Shown here: positions 8,159 to 18,035 of the stretch, in pieces
Layout: each line of letters begins with the position of its first letter
Position numbering within the stretch: the first letter of the stretch is position 1
Assembly: GCA_963828735.1 (NCBI GenBank)
Contig: CAWHFW010000005.1
Coordinates: forward strand, 352,001 to 416,000
From: an uncultured Gemmatimonadales bacterium
GTDB lineage: Bacteria; Gemmatimonadota; Gemmatimonadetes; Gemmatimonadales; GWC2-71-9
Length of the DNA: 64,000 nt
Direction of reading: 5' to 3'
The notes under the pieces: model-generated
The model's input: the letters and a program-made list of their open reading frames with translations, nothing else
The model's database searches: none
What the model was told of the DNA's origin: nothing
Position numbers and translations under genes: made by a program

Positions 8159-11137
8159 TCAGAACCCCAGGTCGATGGCGAAGAAGAAGCTGCGACTGGG
8201 CGGGAACGGTGCCACATCGATGTTTCGCACGATGGCCTGTCGGCCGAAGTTGCTCACCTCGGGATCGAGACCGCGATAGCCGGTGAAGCGCAACAGGTTC
8301 CGGCCCGTCACCGAGAGCCGCGCCGTCCGAACGCCGCGCCCGAAGATCGACGAGACGAACCGCTGCGAAAGGTTGTAGGACAGGTTGAGCTCGCGGAGCT
8401 TCACGTACGTGCCGCTCTGGATGTAAGGCTCCGTGAACCCCGCGCCGAACCGCGCGATGCGCTCCGCGCCACCACCCGGATCGGTGTAGTCCACGCTGTT
8501 CTGGCCGGCATCGTACAGGAACTCGGTCAGGTTGATGATGTCACCACCCTGCTTGTAATCGAACAGCAAACCGAGCGTGAACCGGTGGAAGTCGACGTCG
8601 CTGGAGAACGACATCTGGAAGTCCGGGTTCGCGTCTCCCACCTTTCCCGCCACCGGATTGCCGTTGCCGTCCACGCCGACCAATCCGAAGATCTGGGTCG
8701 GCGAGCTGTCCTGCTCGATCTGAAACGTGCCCAGCGAGAGCGCGAAGCCACCGGTCTGGAATGTCGGCACGGTGAGCTCCGTGATCTTGCTCTTGTTGGC
8801 GAAGAAGGTCGTGCGCAGGATCCAGTTCACGTCCCGGGTCTGCACCGGCTGGACCGTGAACGACGCCTCGAGGCCCTGGTTCCGGAGCGAGCTGGTGGAG
8901 CTGAAGATCTGGTTTATCTGGCCGGATGAGGGCGCCAGCGTGCGCTCGAGCAGCAGGTCGGTGATGTTCTTCTGGTACAGCGTCAGCGAGAGCTGCGCGC
9001 GCCCGTTCGCAAGCGTGGCGTCGAAGCCCGTCTCGATCTCCTTCTGGCGCTCGGGCTTGAGGTTCGCGTCCCCGGCGCGGGTGCCGATCGGCGTACCGGA
9101 GGCCCCGCCGATCGTGCCGGTGGTGTCCGGCGAGAACAGGGCGCCGAAGGCCGCCCGGTTGCCGGTCTGCCCGTACGCCGCCCGGAACTTGAGCTCTTCC
9201 ACGCCGCCGAACGGGTGCTCGAACAGGTAGGAGGCCGCGAACTTCGGGTAGAAGAAGAATTCGCTCGAATTGCCGTTGGCGCTGCTGCGGTCGGCGCGCA
9301 GACCGGCGGTGAGGAGCAGTCGACGGTCGGCCAGCAGGACTTCCTCCTGTCCGAAGAGGCCGAGGTCGCGCACCGGCTCGATGCGCGAGAGCACGGTCTG
9401 GCTCGCGGCCTGCTGCGGGCTGGTCTGCCCGGTGAGCAGCGTCCGCCCGATGATCTGGGTGGCAAACAGCCGGCGCTCCTCGAACTGAACCCCGGCTGAC
9501 GTCGTCCACTGCGTCCCGTGGTCGGGGTCACCCGGCAGGTACGTGTGGGTCGCGTTGAGCGACAGGTTCAGGTTGCGGTTGGAGGACTTGCTCAGGACCA
9601 CGGTGCCGGGCTGCCCGTCATTGGGCTCGTACTGCAGCTCGGGCGGCGACACGAAGTTGTTGTCCTGCTGGAAGTAGTCCACGCCCCCGATGCCGATCAG
9701 CTGGAGGTTGCTCTTGGCCTTCCGGATCGCCTGCCACCGGAGAGTGCTGGTGCCGAGCAGGCGCCAGACGTCCTCGTTGTTCGTGAGGAATTGGAAGGTC
9801 TGGAGCGGGTTGCTCCGCTCGAACGGGTTGTTCGGGAAGTCGGACGGCAGCAAGCTGTCCCCGCTCGACGTGGGCAGCAGGTCCATGAAGTTGGGCGTGA
9901 ACGGGAACACCAGGAACGGACTGGTGCCGGAGTTGTCGTTGTTCGAGATCCCGCGGTCCGACGCGCTGTGCGTGCCGCTCAGATTCACCCCGAGCGAGAA
10001 CCCATTGCCCAGATCCTGATCGAGGTTCGAGCGGAGGGCCTGCTTCTTGTACCCGGTATTCGTCGCGATCCCGCCGTCGTCCTTGATGAGCGCCGAGACG
10101 TAGTACCGGGTGTTCTCGGTGCCGCCGTTCACGCTGGCGTCGGTCTCGTACGAGAAGGGTTTCTGTCCGTAGATCTCCTTCTCGAAATCGAACACCCGAC
10201 CCTCCTGATACTGCGCGGTCACGAGGGCGGTGTCGGTGAAGACGGTCAGCGCGTCGGCCAGCGTCGGAAACGTTCGCGAGCCCAGCTCGTTGGCCCGCTC
10301 GTAGACGCCCAGCTTCTGGCTGATGTTGAACTGCGGCTTGCCGACCTGGCCTCGCTTGGTCGTGATGAAAATGACGCCGTTGGTGGCCTTGGAGCCGTAG
10401 ATCGCAGCCGCGCTCCCGCCCTTCATGACTTCGATCTTCTCGATGTCCTCGGGATTGATGTCCGCGATGCGGTTGACGGCGTTGTCCTGGTTCCTCGGGT
10501 TGCCGCCGGCCTGCGCCTGGGTCACGGCATTGGCGCCATTCGGGATTGCCACGTCGCTCACCGCGATGCCGTCGACCACGTAGAGCGGCTCGATGTCGCC
10601 GATGATGGTCGAGACGCCCCGGAGATTGACCTGGATGCCGCCGCCGGGCGCACCGGAATTGGCTTGGATGGTGGCGCCCGGAATCTTGCCCTGGAGCGCG
10701 CTCTCGATCGTCGCTGTCGGCGCGCGGGTCAACTCCCCCGCGCTCACGGTCGAGACCGCGTTCGGCAGATTCCGCTGCTGGACCCCGGTGGCCTGACCGG
10801 TGATGACGATCTCTTCCAGCTTGAAGACGTCCGGCTCGAGGGCCACGGCCACCGTATGCTGGTCGGCGCCGACCGTGACCTGTTGCCGCTTGTACCCGAT
10901 GCCGCGGATCACGAGGTTCGCGAGCCCCGCGGGCGCGTTCAGGGTGAAACGGCCCTCATTGTCGGCCTGCGCCACGATCTGCGTGCCCAGCACCGCGATC
11001 GTGGCTTCGGACACACCTTGCTCCGTCTGCGCGTTCGTGATGCGACCGGAAATCTGTCGCACCTGGGCGTTCCCCGCCTGGACACCCAGGCCGAGGAGAA
11101 GAAGCGAGACGACGACACCGACCATGCGTTGTGCCAT
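8159..11137 (-). CDS. SusC/RagA family TonB-dependent outer-membrane receptor
   Basis: N-terminal carboxypeptidase-like domain, plug motifs PLYVVDG and DINPEDIEKIEVMKGGSAAAIYGSKATNGVIFITTKRG, terminal Phe. Start chosen at MAQRM after GGAGG. Confidence 0.93.
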   Translation of the reverse strand: MAQRMVGVVVSLLLLGLGVQAGNAQVRQISGRITNAQTEQGVSEATIAVLGTQIVAQADNEGRFTLNAPAGLANLVIRGIGYKRQQVTVGADQHTVAVALEPDVFKLEEIVITGQATGVQQRNLPNAVSTVSAGELTRAPTATIESALQGKIPGATIQANSGAPGGGIQVNLRGVSTIIGDIEPLYVVDGIAVSDVAIPNGANAVTQAQAGGNPRNQDNAVNRIADINPEDIEKIEVMKGGSAAAIYGSKATNGVIFITTKRGQVGKPQFNISQKLGVYERANELGSRTFPTLADALTVFTDTALVTAQYQEGRVFDFEKEIYGQKPFSYETDASVNGGTENTRYYVSALIKDDGGIATNTGYKKQALRSNLDQDLGNGFSLGVNLSGTHSASDRGISNNDNSGTSPFLVFPFTPNFMDLLPTSSGDSLLPSDFPNNPFERSNPLQTFQFLTNNEDVWRLLGTSTLRWQAIRKAKSNLQLIGIGGVDYFQQDNNFVSPPELQYEPNDGQPGTVVLSKSSNRNLNLSLNATHTYLPGDPDHGTQWTTSAGVQFEERRLFATQIIGRTLLTGQTSPQQAASQTVLSRIEPVRDLGLFGQEEVLLADRRLLLTAGLRADRSSANGNSSEFFFYPKFAASYLFEHPFGGVEELKFRAAYGQTGNRAAFGALFSPDTTGTIGGASGTPIGTRAGDANLKPERQKEIETGFDATLANGRAQLSLTLYQKNITDLLLERTLAPSSGQINQIFSSTSSLRNQGLEASFTVQPVQTRDVNWILRTTFFANKSKITELTVPTFQTGGFALSLGTFQIEQDSSPTQIFGLVGVDGNGNPVAGKVGDANPDFQMSFSSDVDFHRFTLGLLFDYKQGGDIINLTEFLYDAGQNSVDYTDPGGGAERIARFGAGFTEPYIQSGTYVKLRELNLSYNLSQRFVSSIFGRGVRTARLSVTGRNLLRFTGYRGLDPEVSNFGRQAIVRNIDVAPFPPSRSFFFAIDLGF

Positions 11138-11230
11138 GGCGCCTCCGGGGAGGAGATACCGAATCGAAACGGCAGGAAGTACTACAGTGCAGTGACGGAG
11201 GCGGATCAGCAAGTCACACACGGCGGCGGG

Positions 11231-12472
11231 TCAGCGTTCCAGACGGAATCCGGACGCGGTCCACGCGGGGGCGCCCCCCACCACCGTGGCGAGGCAGGCA
11301 TTGGCGCGAAGGTGATACAGCCAATGGGTCGGGTCGGGAGCGTCGATGACGGCGAAGTCGGCGGCCTTGCCTGGCTCGAGGGAGCCGATTCGCTCCTCGA
11401 GTCCGATCGCGCGCGCGGCCAGGATGGTGGCGCCCTTGAGCGCCTCCGCCGGCGTCATCCGCTGCAGCGTGCAGGCCAGGGTAAGCGCGAACGGCAGATG
11501 ACAGCTTGGCGCGGAGCCGGGATTGAAGTCGGTCGCCACGGCGACGGCGACGCCGGCGTCGATCCACCGACGCACCGGCGCCGGCTGCTGTCCGAGGTAG
11601 AGCGAGGCGATCGGCAGGCTGACCGCGACGACACCGGCCCGCGCCATGGCCGCGAGGCCCGAGGGCGACGCGCACTCGAGGTGATCCGCCGACGCGGCGT
11701 GCATCTCCGCCGCGAGCGCCGCGCCGCCGCCGTCAGTGAGCTGGTCGGCGTGGAGTTTGGCGCCCAGCCCCGCCGCGCGCGCCACGGTCAGCAGGCGACG
11801 CGCTTCCTCCACCGTGAACGCCGAGCGCTCCACGAAGACGTCGCAGAACGCGGCCAGCCGATCTCGCGCGATCGTCGGCAGGAGATCGTCGATGAGAAGC
11901 GCCAGATACCCCGCCCGATCGTCGCGGAACTCGGGCGGCACGACATGCGCGCCAAGGAAGGTCGGGACCAGGCGCACCGGCTGCGCGCGCCCGAGGGTCC
12001 GATAGAGACGGAGGACGCGCAGCTCGTTGGCGCGGTCGAGGCCGTAGCCGCTCTTGCATTCCACGGTCGTGACCCCGAGCGCGAGCATCTCGCGCAGGAA
12101 TGCCGTCGCGCGCGCGGCGAGCTCCTCGTCGCTCGCGGCGCGGGTGAGCCGCATGGTGCGCGCGATGCCGCCGCCCGCGGCGGCGATCTCGAGGTAGCTC
12201 CGGCCCAGGAGACGCTGCTCGAATTCCTCTGCGCGCCAGCCGCCGAAGGCGAGATGCGTATGGCAGTCCACCAGGCCGGGAATCACGAGCCCACCGCCGG
12301 CATCGTGGCGCGCGGCATCGCGGAACTCCGCCGGCAGTGCCGAGCGGGGGCCGACCCAGCGGACGCGGTCGCCTTCCCACACCAGCGCGGCGTCCGCGAT
12401 TGCGTGGACCTCCCCCTGCCCGCCTTCGGCGCGGCAGGTCGCGAGCTGGCCGATGTTCTCAAGGAGGTTCAT
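11231..12472 (-). CDS. hutI: Imidazolonepropionase
   Basis: Motifs PGLVDCHTH, GVTTVECKSGYGL, KLHADQL and ATDFNPGS; next to urocanase. Confidence 0.93.
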   Translation of the reverse strand: MNLLENIGQLATCRAEGGQGEVHAIADAALVWEGDRVRWVGPRSALPAEFRDAARHDAGGGLVIPGLVDCHTHLAFGGWRAEEFEQRLLGRSYLEIAAAGGGIARTMRLTRAASDEELAARATAFLREMLALGVTTVECKSGYGLDRANELRVLRLYRTLGRAQPVRLVPTFLGAHVVPPEFRDDRAGYLALLIDDLLPTIARDRLAAFCDVFVERSAFTVEEARRLLTVARAAGLGAKLHADQLTDGGGAALAAEMHAASADHLECASPSGLAAMARAGVVAVSLPIASLYLGQQPAPVRRWIDAGVAVAVATDFNPGSAPSCHLPFALTLACTLQRMTPAEALKGATILAARAIGLEERIGSLEPGKAADFAVIDAPDPTHWLYHLRANACLATVVGGAPAWTASGFRLER

Positions 12473-12613
12473 TGCCGGGGGGGCCAAACCTGGACCTGCC
12501 GGGCCGGTGGGCGAACACGACCAAGGGCACGAGGCCGCTCCGCGGAAGTGGGAGCCGTCGTGCCCTTCGAGCCGTCGTCGTGAACGACCACCGGCGCCGC
12601 TCCGTGACCGGGG

Positions 12614-14281
12614 TTAGCCGTTGACCATCGGCAGATCCAGCCCCCGCTCCCGCGCCGTCTCGATCGCCAGCTCGTAACCCGCGTCCGCGTGACGCATCAC
12701 GCCCGTGCCGGGATCGGCGGTGAGCACGCGCTCGAGCCGCCGGTCGGCCGTCGGCGTCCCGTCGGCCACGGCCACCATGCCCGAGTGAATCGAGTAGCCG
12801 ATCCCCACTCCGCCGCCGTGATGCAGCGACACCCAGCTCGCGCCGCAGGCCGTGTTGAGCAGCGCGTTGAGCAGGGGCCAGTCGGCGATGGCGTCCGAGC
12901 CGTCCTTCATCCCTTCCGTCTCGCGATTGGGCGACGCCACCGACCCGGTGTCGAGGTGGTCGCGCCCGATGACGATCGGCGCGCGGACCTTGCCGTGCTT
13001 CACCAGCCAGTTGAACCGGAGGCCCATCTCCGCGCGCTCGCCGTACTCGAGCCAGCAGATCCGGGCGGGCAACCCCTGGAACTGCACCCGCTCCTGCGCC
13101 TGGCGGATCCAGCGCGCGAGCGCGTCCTTCTGGGGAAAGGTCTCCAGCACCGCCTGGTCGGTCGTCGCGATGTCCGCCGGATCGCCCGAGAGCGCCGCCC
13201 ACCGGAACGGTCCCGCGCCACGACAGAACAGCGGCCGGATGAACGCGGGCACGAAACCGGGGAAGTCGAAGGCCTCCCGCATGCCGCGGTGGTCGGCGAC
13301 CTGGCCCCGGAGATTGTTGCCGTAGTCGAAGGTCACGGCGCCCTTGGCCTGCAAGGCGAGCATCGCGCGCACGTGCACTACCATCGAATCCAGCACGCGC
13401 GCCTCGTAGACGGCAGGGTCCCGCTCCCGGAGTCCGGCGGCCGCGTCGAGCGAGAGGCCGGCGGGGATGTACCCCACGCGGAGGTCGTGCGCGGAGGTCT
13501 GGTCGGTGACCACGTCGGGCACGAGCCCGCGTCGGACCAGCTCCGGCAGCACCTCGGCGATGTTGCCCACCAGGCCCACGGAGAGCGCCTGTCGGCTCGC
13601 CCGCGCGTCTTCGACCAGGCGCAGCGCCCGGTCGAGGTCGTGCTCGAGTCGGTCGCAGTAGCGCGTCTCCACCCGCCGCCGGATGCGGCTCTCGTCCACG
13701 TCGACGCCGAGGAACGCCGCGCCGTTCATCGTCGCGGCCAGCGGCTGCGCGCCCCCCATCCCGCCCAATCCCCCCGTCACCACCAGCCGGCCCTCGAGGG
13801 TGCCCCCGAAGTGCTGCCGCGCGCACTCGGCGAACGTCTCGTAGGTGCCCTGCAGGATGCCCTGCGTGCCGATGTAGATCCATGAGCCTGCGGTCATCTG
13901 CCCGTACATCGTCAGGCCGAGGGCGTCGAGCCGCCGGAACTCGTCCCACGTCGCCCAGCGCGGGACGAGGTGCGCGTTCGCGATCAGCACGCGCGGCGCC
14001 TCCTCGTGGGTCCGGAACACGCCGACCGGTTTCCCGCTCTGGACCAGGAGGGTTTCGTCGTTCTCCAGCCGGCGGAGCGTCGCCACGATCCGCTCGTAGC
14101 ACTCCCAGTTGCGCGCGGCCTTGCCGCCCCCGCCGTAGACGATCAGCTCCTCGGGTCGCTCGGCGACCGCGGGGTCGAGGTTGTTCATCAGCATTCGGAG
14201 CGCCGCCTCCTGGTGCCACCCCTTGCAGGAGAGCGTGGTTCCGGTCGGCGCGGTGATGGGCGCATGGGCTAGGGAGGTCAT
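12614..14281 (-). CDS. hutU: Urocanate hydratase
   Basis: Motifs [34 protein letters not shown] and [25 protein letters not shown]. Confidence 0.97.
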   Translation of the reverse strand: MTSLAHAPITAPTGTTLSCKGWHQEAALRMLMNNLDPAVAERPEELIVYGGGGKAARNWECYERIVATLRRLENDETLLVQSGKPVGVFRTHEEAPRVLIANAHLVPRWATWDEFRRLDALGLTMYGQMTAGSWIYIGTQGILQGTYETFAECARQHFGGTLEGRLVVTGGLGGMGGAQPLAATMNGAAFLGVDVDESRIRRRVETRYCDRLEHDLDRALRLVEDARASRQALSVGLVGNIAEVLPELVRRGLVPDVVTDQTSAHDLRVGYIPAGLSLDAAAGLRERDPAVYEARVLDSMVVHVRAMLALQAKGAVTFDYGNNLRGQVADHRGMREAFDFPGFVPAFIRPLFCRGAGPFRWAALSGDPADIATTDQAVLETFPQKDALARWIRQAQERVQFQGLPARICWLEYGERAEMGLRFNWLVKHGKVRAPIVIGRDHLDTGSVASPNRETEGMKDGSDAIADWPLLNALLNTACGASWVSLHHGGGVGIGYSIHSGMVAVADGTPTADRRLERVLTADPGTGVMRHADAGYELAIETARERGLDLPMVNG

Positions 14282-14313
14282 GGTCGGAATCTACGCCGCG
14301 GAATCGGCTTCAC

Positions 14314-14339
14314 CAATCCGCGCGCCCGCGTGCGGCGTA
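14314..14339 (+). promoter_or_regulatory. Candidate ECF-sigma promoter CAATCC-N16-CGTA
   Basis: Lies 36 nt upstream of the cupredoxin start and resembles ATCC-N16-CGT ECF promoters. Confidence 0.45.
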
Positions 14340-14375
14340 CATGGGCTGTCGAACCGATTCCATTCGGAGCGTGAG

Positions 14376-14714
14376 ATGCGAGAGACATGGATGGCCCTGG
14401 TCCTGTGGGCCGGAGCCGAGGTGGCAAGCCCGACCGCCACCATGGACGTGCACACCTTCCAGTTCAGTCAGCCGGCGGTCGTGGTGCCGGCCGGCACCGA
14501 GGTCGTGTGGTTCAACCGGGACGCCATCGAGCACACCGTGACCTCCGGCGCTCCCGACAGCGCCGATGGCGTCTTTGCCGGCCGTCTGGCGGACAGCGGC
14601 GCCGTGTTCCGCCATCGGTTCGACCGACCGGGCGTATCCCGCTACTTCTGCGAGCGCCACCACTTCATGCGCGGCGAGATCCGCGTCGTTTCCCCCACTC
14701 ACGGAGAATCCTGA
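14376..14714 (+). CDS. Plastocyanin/azurin-like cupredoxin
   Basis: Type-1 copper ligand pattern HTVT...YFCERHHFMRG. Confidence 0.85.
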   Translation: MRETWMALVLWAGAEVASPTATMDVHTFQFSQPAVVVPAGTEVVWFNRDAIEHTVTSGAPDSADGVFAGRLADSGAVFRHRFDRPGVSRYFCERHHFMRGEIRVVSPTHGES

Positions 14715-14716
14715 TC

Positions 14717-15349
14717 ATGTCGCTGCTGTCCCGAATCCGCGCTGGCGCGGCCGGCCTCGCCGCCGCCGTCCTGCTCGCATCTACCCCCGCGGCTGCGCAG
14801 TCCGTCGCAGCCTCGGATCTGCGCACCACCCTGAATACTGCGCTCGCCGAGCACGTGTGGCTCGCCGCGGCCGCCACCGAAGCGGCGCTCGACGGCCGGA
14901 CCGGCGAGTTCAAGAGCGCGGCCGGGGCCCTCGATGCGAACAGCGTCGCGCTGAGCCAGGCCATCGGCTCGGTCTACGGGCAGGGAGCGGGCACGGCGTT
15001 CCTCGAGCTCTGGCGCAAGCACATCGGCTGGTTCGTGGACTACACCACGGGCGCGGCCAGGAAGGACAAGGCGATGCAGGACATGGCCGTCAAGAACCTG
15101 ATGGGATACGCGGACGACTTCGGCGCGTTCCTGGCCTCCGCGAACCCGAACCTCCCCAAGGACGTCGTGGCCGGACTGGTGCGCGAGCACGTCGTCGGTC
15201 TCAAGGCCGTGGTCGACGCCCAGGCTGCCCGCGATTGGCCGACCGCCTACGCCAGGCTCCGCGAGGCGGCCGGCCACATGCAGATGATCGCCGACCCGCT
15301 GGCCGGTGCGATCGCGAAGCAGTTCCCCGAAAAGTTCGCGATGCGGTAG
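14717..15349 (+). CDS. Secreted helical His-rich protein (family often labelled copper amine oxidase-associated)
   Basis: GGAG RBS, signal peptide ending AAA-Q, motifs LAEHV, LWRKHIGWFVDY, REHV and GHMQM. Confidence 0.7.
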   Translation: MSLLSRIRAGAAGLAAAVLLASTPAAAQSVAASDLRTTLNTALAEHVWLAAAATEAALDGRTGEFKSAAGALDANSVALSQAIGSVYGQGAGTAFLELWRKHIGWFVDYTTGAARKDKAMQDMAVKNLMGYADDFGAFLASANPNLPKDVVAGLVREHVVGLKAVVDAQAARDWPTAYARLREAAGHMQMIADPLAGAIAKQFPEKFAMR

Positions 15350-15374
15350 GCGCCCGCGGCGGTCGATCGTGGTC

Positions 15375-15424
15375 GACCGAGGGGACGGAGCGGCCAACCC
15401 GAGGGCCGTTCCGTCCCCTCGGTC
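15375..15424. terminator. 21-bp stem-loop after the cupredoxin operon
   Basis: GACCGAGGGGACGGAGCGGCC pairs with GGCCGTTCCGTCCCCTCGGTC (one G-U). Confidence 0.65.
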
Positions 15425-15464
15425 TTGCGCGTCGCGAGGCCCCTTCCCTCCCCGGTCCCCGACC

Positions 15465-15494
15465 TGCAACCTTTTGACCCACCGTCCGATCCAA
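15465..15494 (+). promoter_or_regulatory. Candidate autoregulated ECF promoter (TGCAAC-N16-CGATCCAA)
   Basis: AAC-type -35 element immediately upstream of the ECF sigma gene. Confidence 0.4.
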
Positions 15495-15503
15495 CCCCCC
15501 GCG

Positions 15504-16076
15504 ATGACCCCACCAGGGACTGGAGCAACGACGCTGGAGCACCAGGCAACCGGCAGAACCGATCCGGACGCGGTCGACGCGACGCTCGCCGCCAGCGGGG
15601 ACGCCCATGCCTTCGAGCGGCTCTATCGCGGCCACCTGTCGCGGATCTCGAGTCTCGTCCGGCGCATGCTGGGCGACGAGGATCCGGAGGACGTGATCCA
15701 GGACGTCTTCGTCCGCGCGTGGCAGAAGCTCGGCACGTTCCGGGGAGAGTCCGCGTTCGGGACCTGGCTCCACCGGCTGGCCATCAACGTGATTCTGGGC
15801 CGGCGCGAGACGCTGGGCATCCGGCGCCAACGACACCTGGATGGTGACGCCGTGCTCGAGACGGTGCCGAGCCGGCGGACGACGCCTGAGATCTCGATGG
15901 ATTTCGAGGCGGCGATCGAGCGGCTGCCGGACGGGGCGCGACGGATCTTCGTTCTGCACGATGTGGAAGGCTATCGCCACGAGGAGATCGCCGAGATGCT
16001 CGGTCTGGCGACGGGAACCTCGAAATCGCAGCTGCACCGGGCGCGGATGGCGCTGCGCCAGCATCTCGAGCGGTGA
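15504..16076 (+). CDS. ECF RNA polymerase sigma factor
   Basis: Region 2 (EDVIQDVFVRAW...FGTWLHRLAIN) and region 4 (HEEIAEMLGLATGTSKSQLHRAR). Confidence 0.93.
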   Translation: MTPPGTGATTLEHQATGRTDPDAVDATLAASGDAHAFERLYRGHLSRISSLVRRMLGDEDPEDVIQDVFVRAWQKLGTFRGESAFGTWLHRLAINVILGRRETLGIRRQRHLDGDAVLETVPSRRTTPEISMDFEAAIERLPDGARRIFVLHDVEGYRHEEIAEMLGLATGTSKSQLHRARMALRQHLER

Positions 16077-16099
16077 GCGGTCAGAAGGAGGAGCGTGAC

Positions 16100-16810
16100 A
16101 TGAGCGACCAGTGGACGGATCGGCTGTCCGAGTATCTCGACGACGAGCTCGAGCCCGATGAGCGGGCGGCGCTCGAGGCGCACCTCCGCCAGTGCGTGGC
16201 GTGCGGCGCGGTCCTCGCCGATCTCAAGCGGATCGTCACCCGGGCCCGCGGCCTCGAAGACCGCCTGCCCGAGCGCGATCTCTGGCCCGGCATCGCCGCA
16301 CGCATCGGCGTGGGAAGCGGCGAGGTCCCGGCCGTCGATCTCGCGGCGGAGCGCGCGCGGCGGCGTTGGAGCTTCTCGCTGCCGCAGCTCATCGCGGCTG
16401 GCATCGCACTCATGGCGCTGTCCGGCGGTACGGCGTGGCTGCTGCATCCGACCGCGGCACCGTCCATGGCCACGCGCGAGCCCACTGGGACGCCGCCGGT
16501 CATTCCTGTGGGAAGCGTCCCAGTCGCCGGCTCTGCGGCCGAACGCTCGCGTGTCACGGGCCAGCGCTACGCCGCGGCCGTCGCCGACCTCGAGCGCGTG
16601 CTCGAGCAGGGACGTGGCCGCCTCGATACGACCACCGTCAAGGTGATCGAGCGAAACCTGGCGACGATCGACAGTGCCATCGCGCAGGCCCAGCGGGCCG
16701 TGGCCGCGGATTCGGCCAACGTCTACCTGAATTCGCACCTGGCCGAGACCATGCAGCGCAAGCTCGAGCTGCTGCGTCAGGCCGCCGCCCTCGTCTCCTC
16801 GGTGAGCTGA
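16100..16810 (+). CDS. Zinc-binding (zf-HC2) transmembrane anti-sigma factor
   Basis: LSEYLDDEL...HLRQCVAC (HxxxCxxC), one TM segment, AGGAGG RBS. Confidence 0.88.
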   Translation: MSDQWTDRLSEYLDDELEPDERAALEAHLRQCVACGAVLADLKRIVTRARGLEDRLPERDLWPGIAARIGVGSGEVPAVDLAAERARRRWSFSLPQLIAAGIALMALSGGTAWLLHPTAAPSMATREPTGTPPVIPVGSVPVAGSAAERSRVTGQRYAAAVADLERVLEQGRGRLDTTTVKVIERNLATIDSAIAQAQRAVAADSANVYLNSHLAETMQRKLELLRQAAALVSSVS

Positions 16811-16821
16811 AAGGACCGACC

Positions 16822-17718
16822 GTGCTCCTCACGCTGGCTTCCGGCGCCCTCGCGGCGCTCGCACTCGTCCAACAGATCGACACGACCGTCCCGGCCCGGA
16901 TGGGCCAGCGGCTCGTGGTCGACTCGTACGGCGGCGAGATCGACGTGAAGACCTGGGGGCGGAACGCCGTGCGGGTCGAGGCCGATCCCTCATCCCGGAC
17001 CGCGGTCGAGGTGTCGAGCTCGAGCGGCGCGGTCAGCGTCCGAACCGAAGGCCGCCGCGGTCCTCCGTCCCAGGTGGACTTCACCATCACCGTGCCCGCC
17101 TGGATGGGGCTGGATCTCTCGGGCGTGTACACCGACGTGAAGGTGACCGGCGTGCGCGCGCCGATCACGGTGGAGACCGTCCAGGGCGAGGTCGACGTGA
17201 ACGGCGGCGAAGGTACCGTCTCGCTGCGTTCGGTCCAGGGGCACGTCATTCTGAGGGCCGCCAAGGGGCGGATCGACGTGCACTCGGTGAACGAGGATGT
17301 CCGCGTGTTCGATGCGAGCGGCGAGATCACGGCGGAGACGGTGAACGGGGAGGTCGTGCTCGAGCGGGTGGACGCGACGAGCCTCGAGGCAGAGACCGTG
17401 AACGGCGATCTGGCCTACGACGGTCCGCTCCGGAGCGGAGGCCGCTACACCCTCTCGAGCCACAACGGCGACGTGACGATCGCCGCGGCCGAGAATGCGA
17501 GCGCCATGGTCACCGTGAGCACCTTCAGCGGTGAATTCGAATCCGATTTCCCGGTGCCGCTCAAGGAGACCCGCAAGGGCCGGCGCTTCAGCTTCACGCT
17601 GGGCGGTGGAAGCGCGCAGGTCTCGCTCGAGTCTTTCCAGGGAACGGTCCGACTGGTGAGACCGGGCCACATCGCGCGAGATCGGGACGACAGCGAGGAC
17701 GACGACTCGGACCGCTGA
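16822..17718 (+). CDS. DUF4097-type beta-strand repeat (putative adhesin) protein
   Basis: GTG start after AAGGA; repeated ETVQGEV / ETVNGEV / SSHNGDV units. Confidence 0.85.
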   Translation: MLLTLASGALAALALVQQIDTTVPARMGQRLVVDSYGGEIDVKTWGRNAVRVEADPSSRTAVEVSSSSGAVSVRTEGRRGPPSQVDFTITVPAWMGLDLSGVYTDVKVTGVRAPITVETVQGEVDVNGGEGTVSLRSVQGHVILRAAKGRIDVHSVNEDVRVFDASGEITAETVNGEVVLERVDATSLEAETVNGDLAYDGPLRSGGRYTLSSHNGDVTIAAAENASAMVTVSTFSGEFESDFPVPLKETRKGRRFSFTLGGGSAQVSLESFQGTVRLVRPGHIARDRDDSEDDDSDR

Positions 17719-17759
17719 CCACGAAGAGCCAGCGCACCGCAATATGACGACATCGGAAC

Positions 17760-17788
17760 CGGCATTTCCGACGATTTCGGAAGTGCCG
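17760..17788. terminator. Stem-loop after the ECF operon
   Basis: CGGCATTTCCGA-5nt-TCGGAAGTGCCG. Confidence 0.55.
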
Positions 17789-17938
17789 CGCTCTTGGACA
17801 GCCAAATCTGCCGAGCCGCGGCAGCTCTGACCCCTCCCGGTAATTACAGACCCCACCGCAGCTTGGCGCGCCGATCGATTCCGCTGACGTCATTCTTGTC
17901 GTCAACAAACGCTACGCAACTCAAGAAAATGCGATGCA

Positions 17939-17954
17939 TGGCATAGGTCTTGTA
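17939..17954 (+). promoter_or_regulatory. Candidate sigma-54 promoter of the fimbrial-like operon
   Basis: TGGCATA-GGTC-TTGTA against the consensus TGGCACG-N4-TTGCW (-12 C replaced by T), preceded by an AT-rich tract. Confidence 0.5.
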
Positions 17955-18035
17955 AACCCGCCTTCGCCAGCCCGTATCCCCCTTGGGCCGTATCGGCAGA
18001 TCGCCACCAAAACCTTTACCCCCGGAGTGCACACG

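Noticed and set aside
9518..12583. 1021-aa plus-strand ORF and other long antisense ORFs (e.g. 30675-32663, 52397-54211, 25836-27311)
   Set aside because: They are shadows of well-supported genes on the opposite strand in high-GC DNA and have no recognisable motifs.
12503..12595. SRP (4.5S) RNA, suggested by a GGAA-capped hairpin
   Set aside because: The conserved CAGG/AGCA internal loop is absent.
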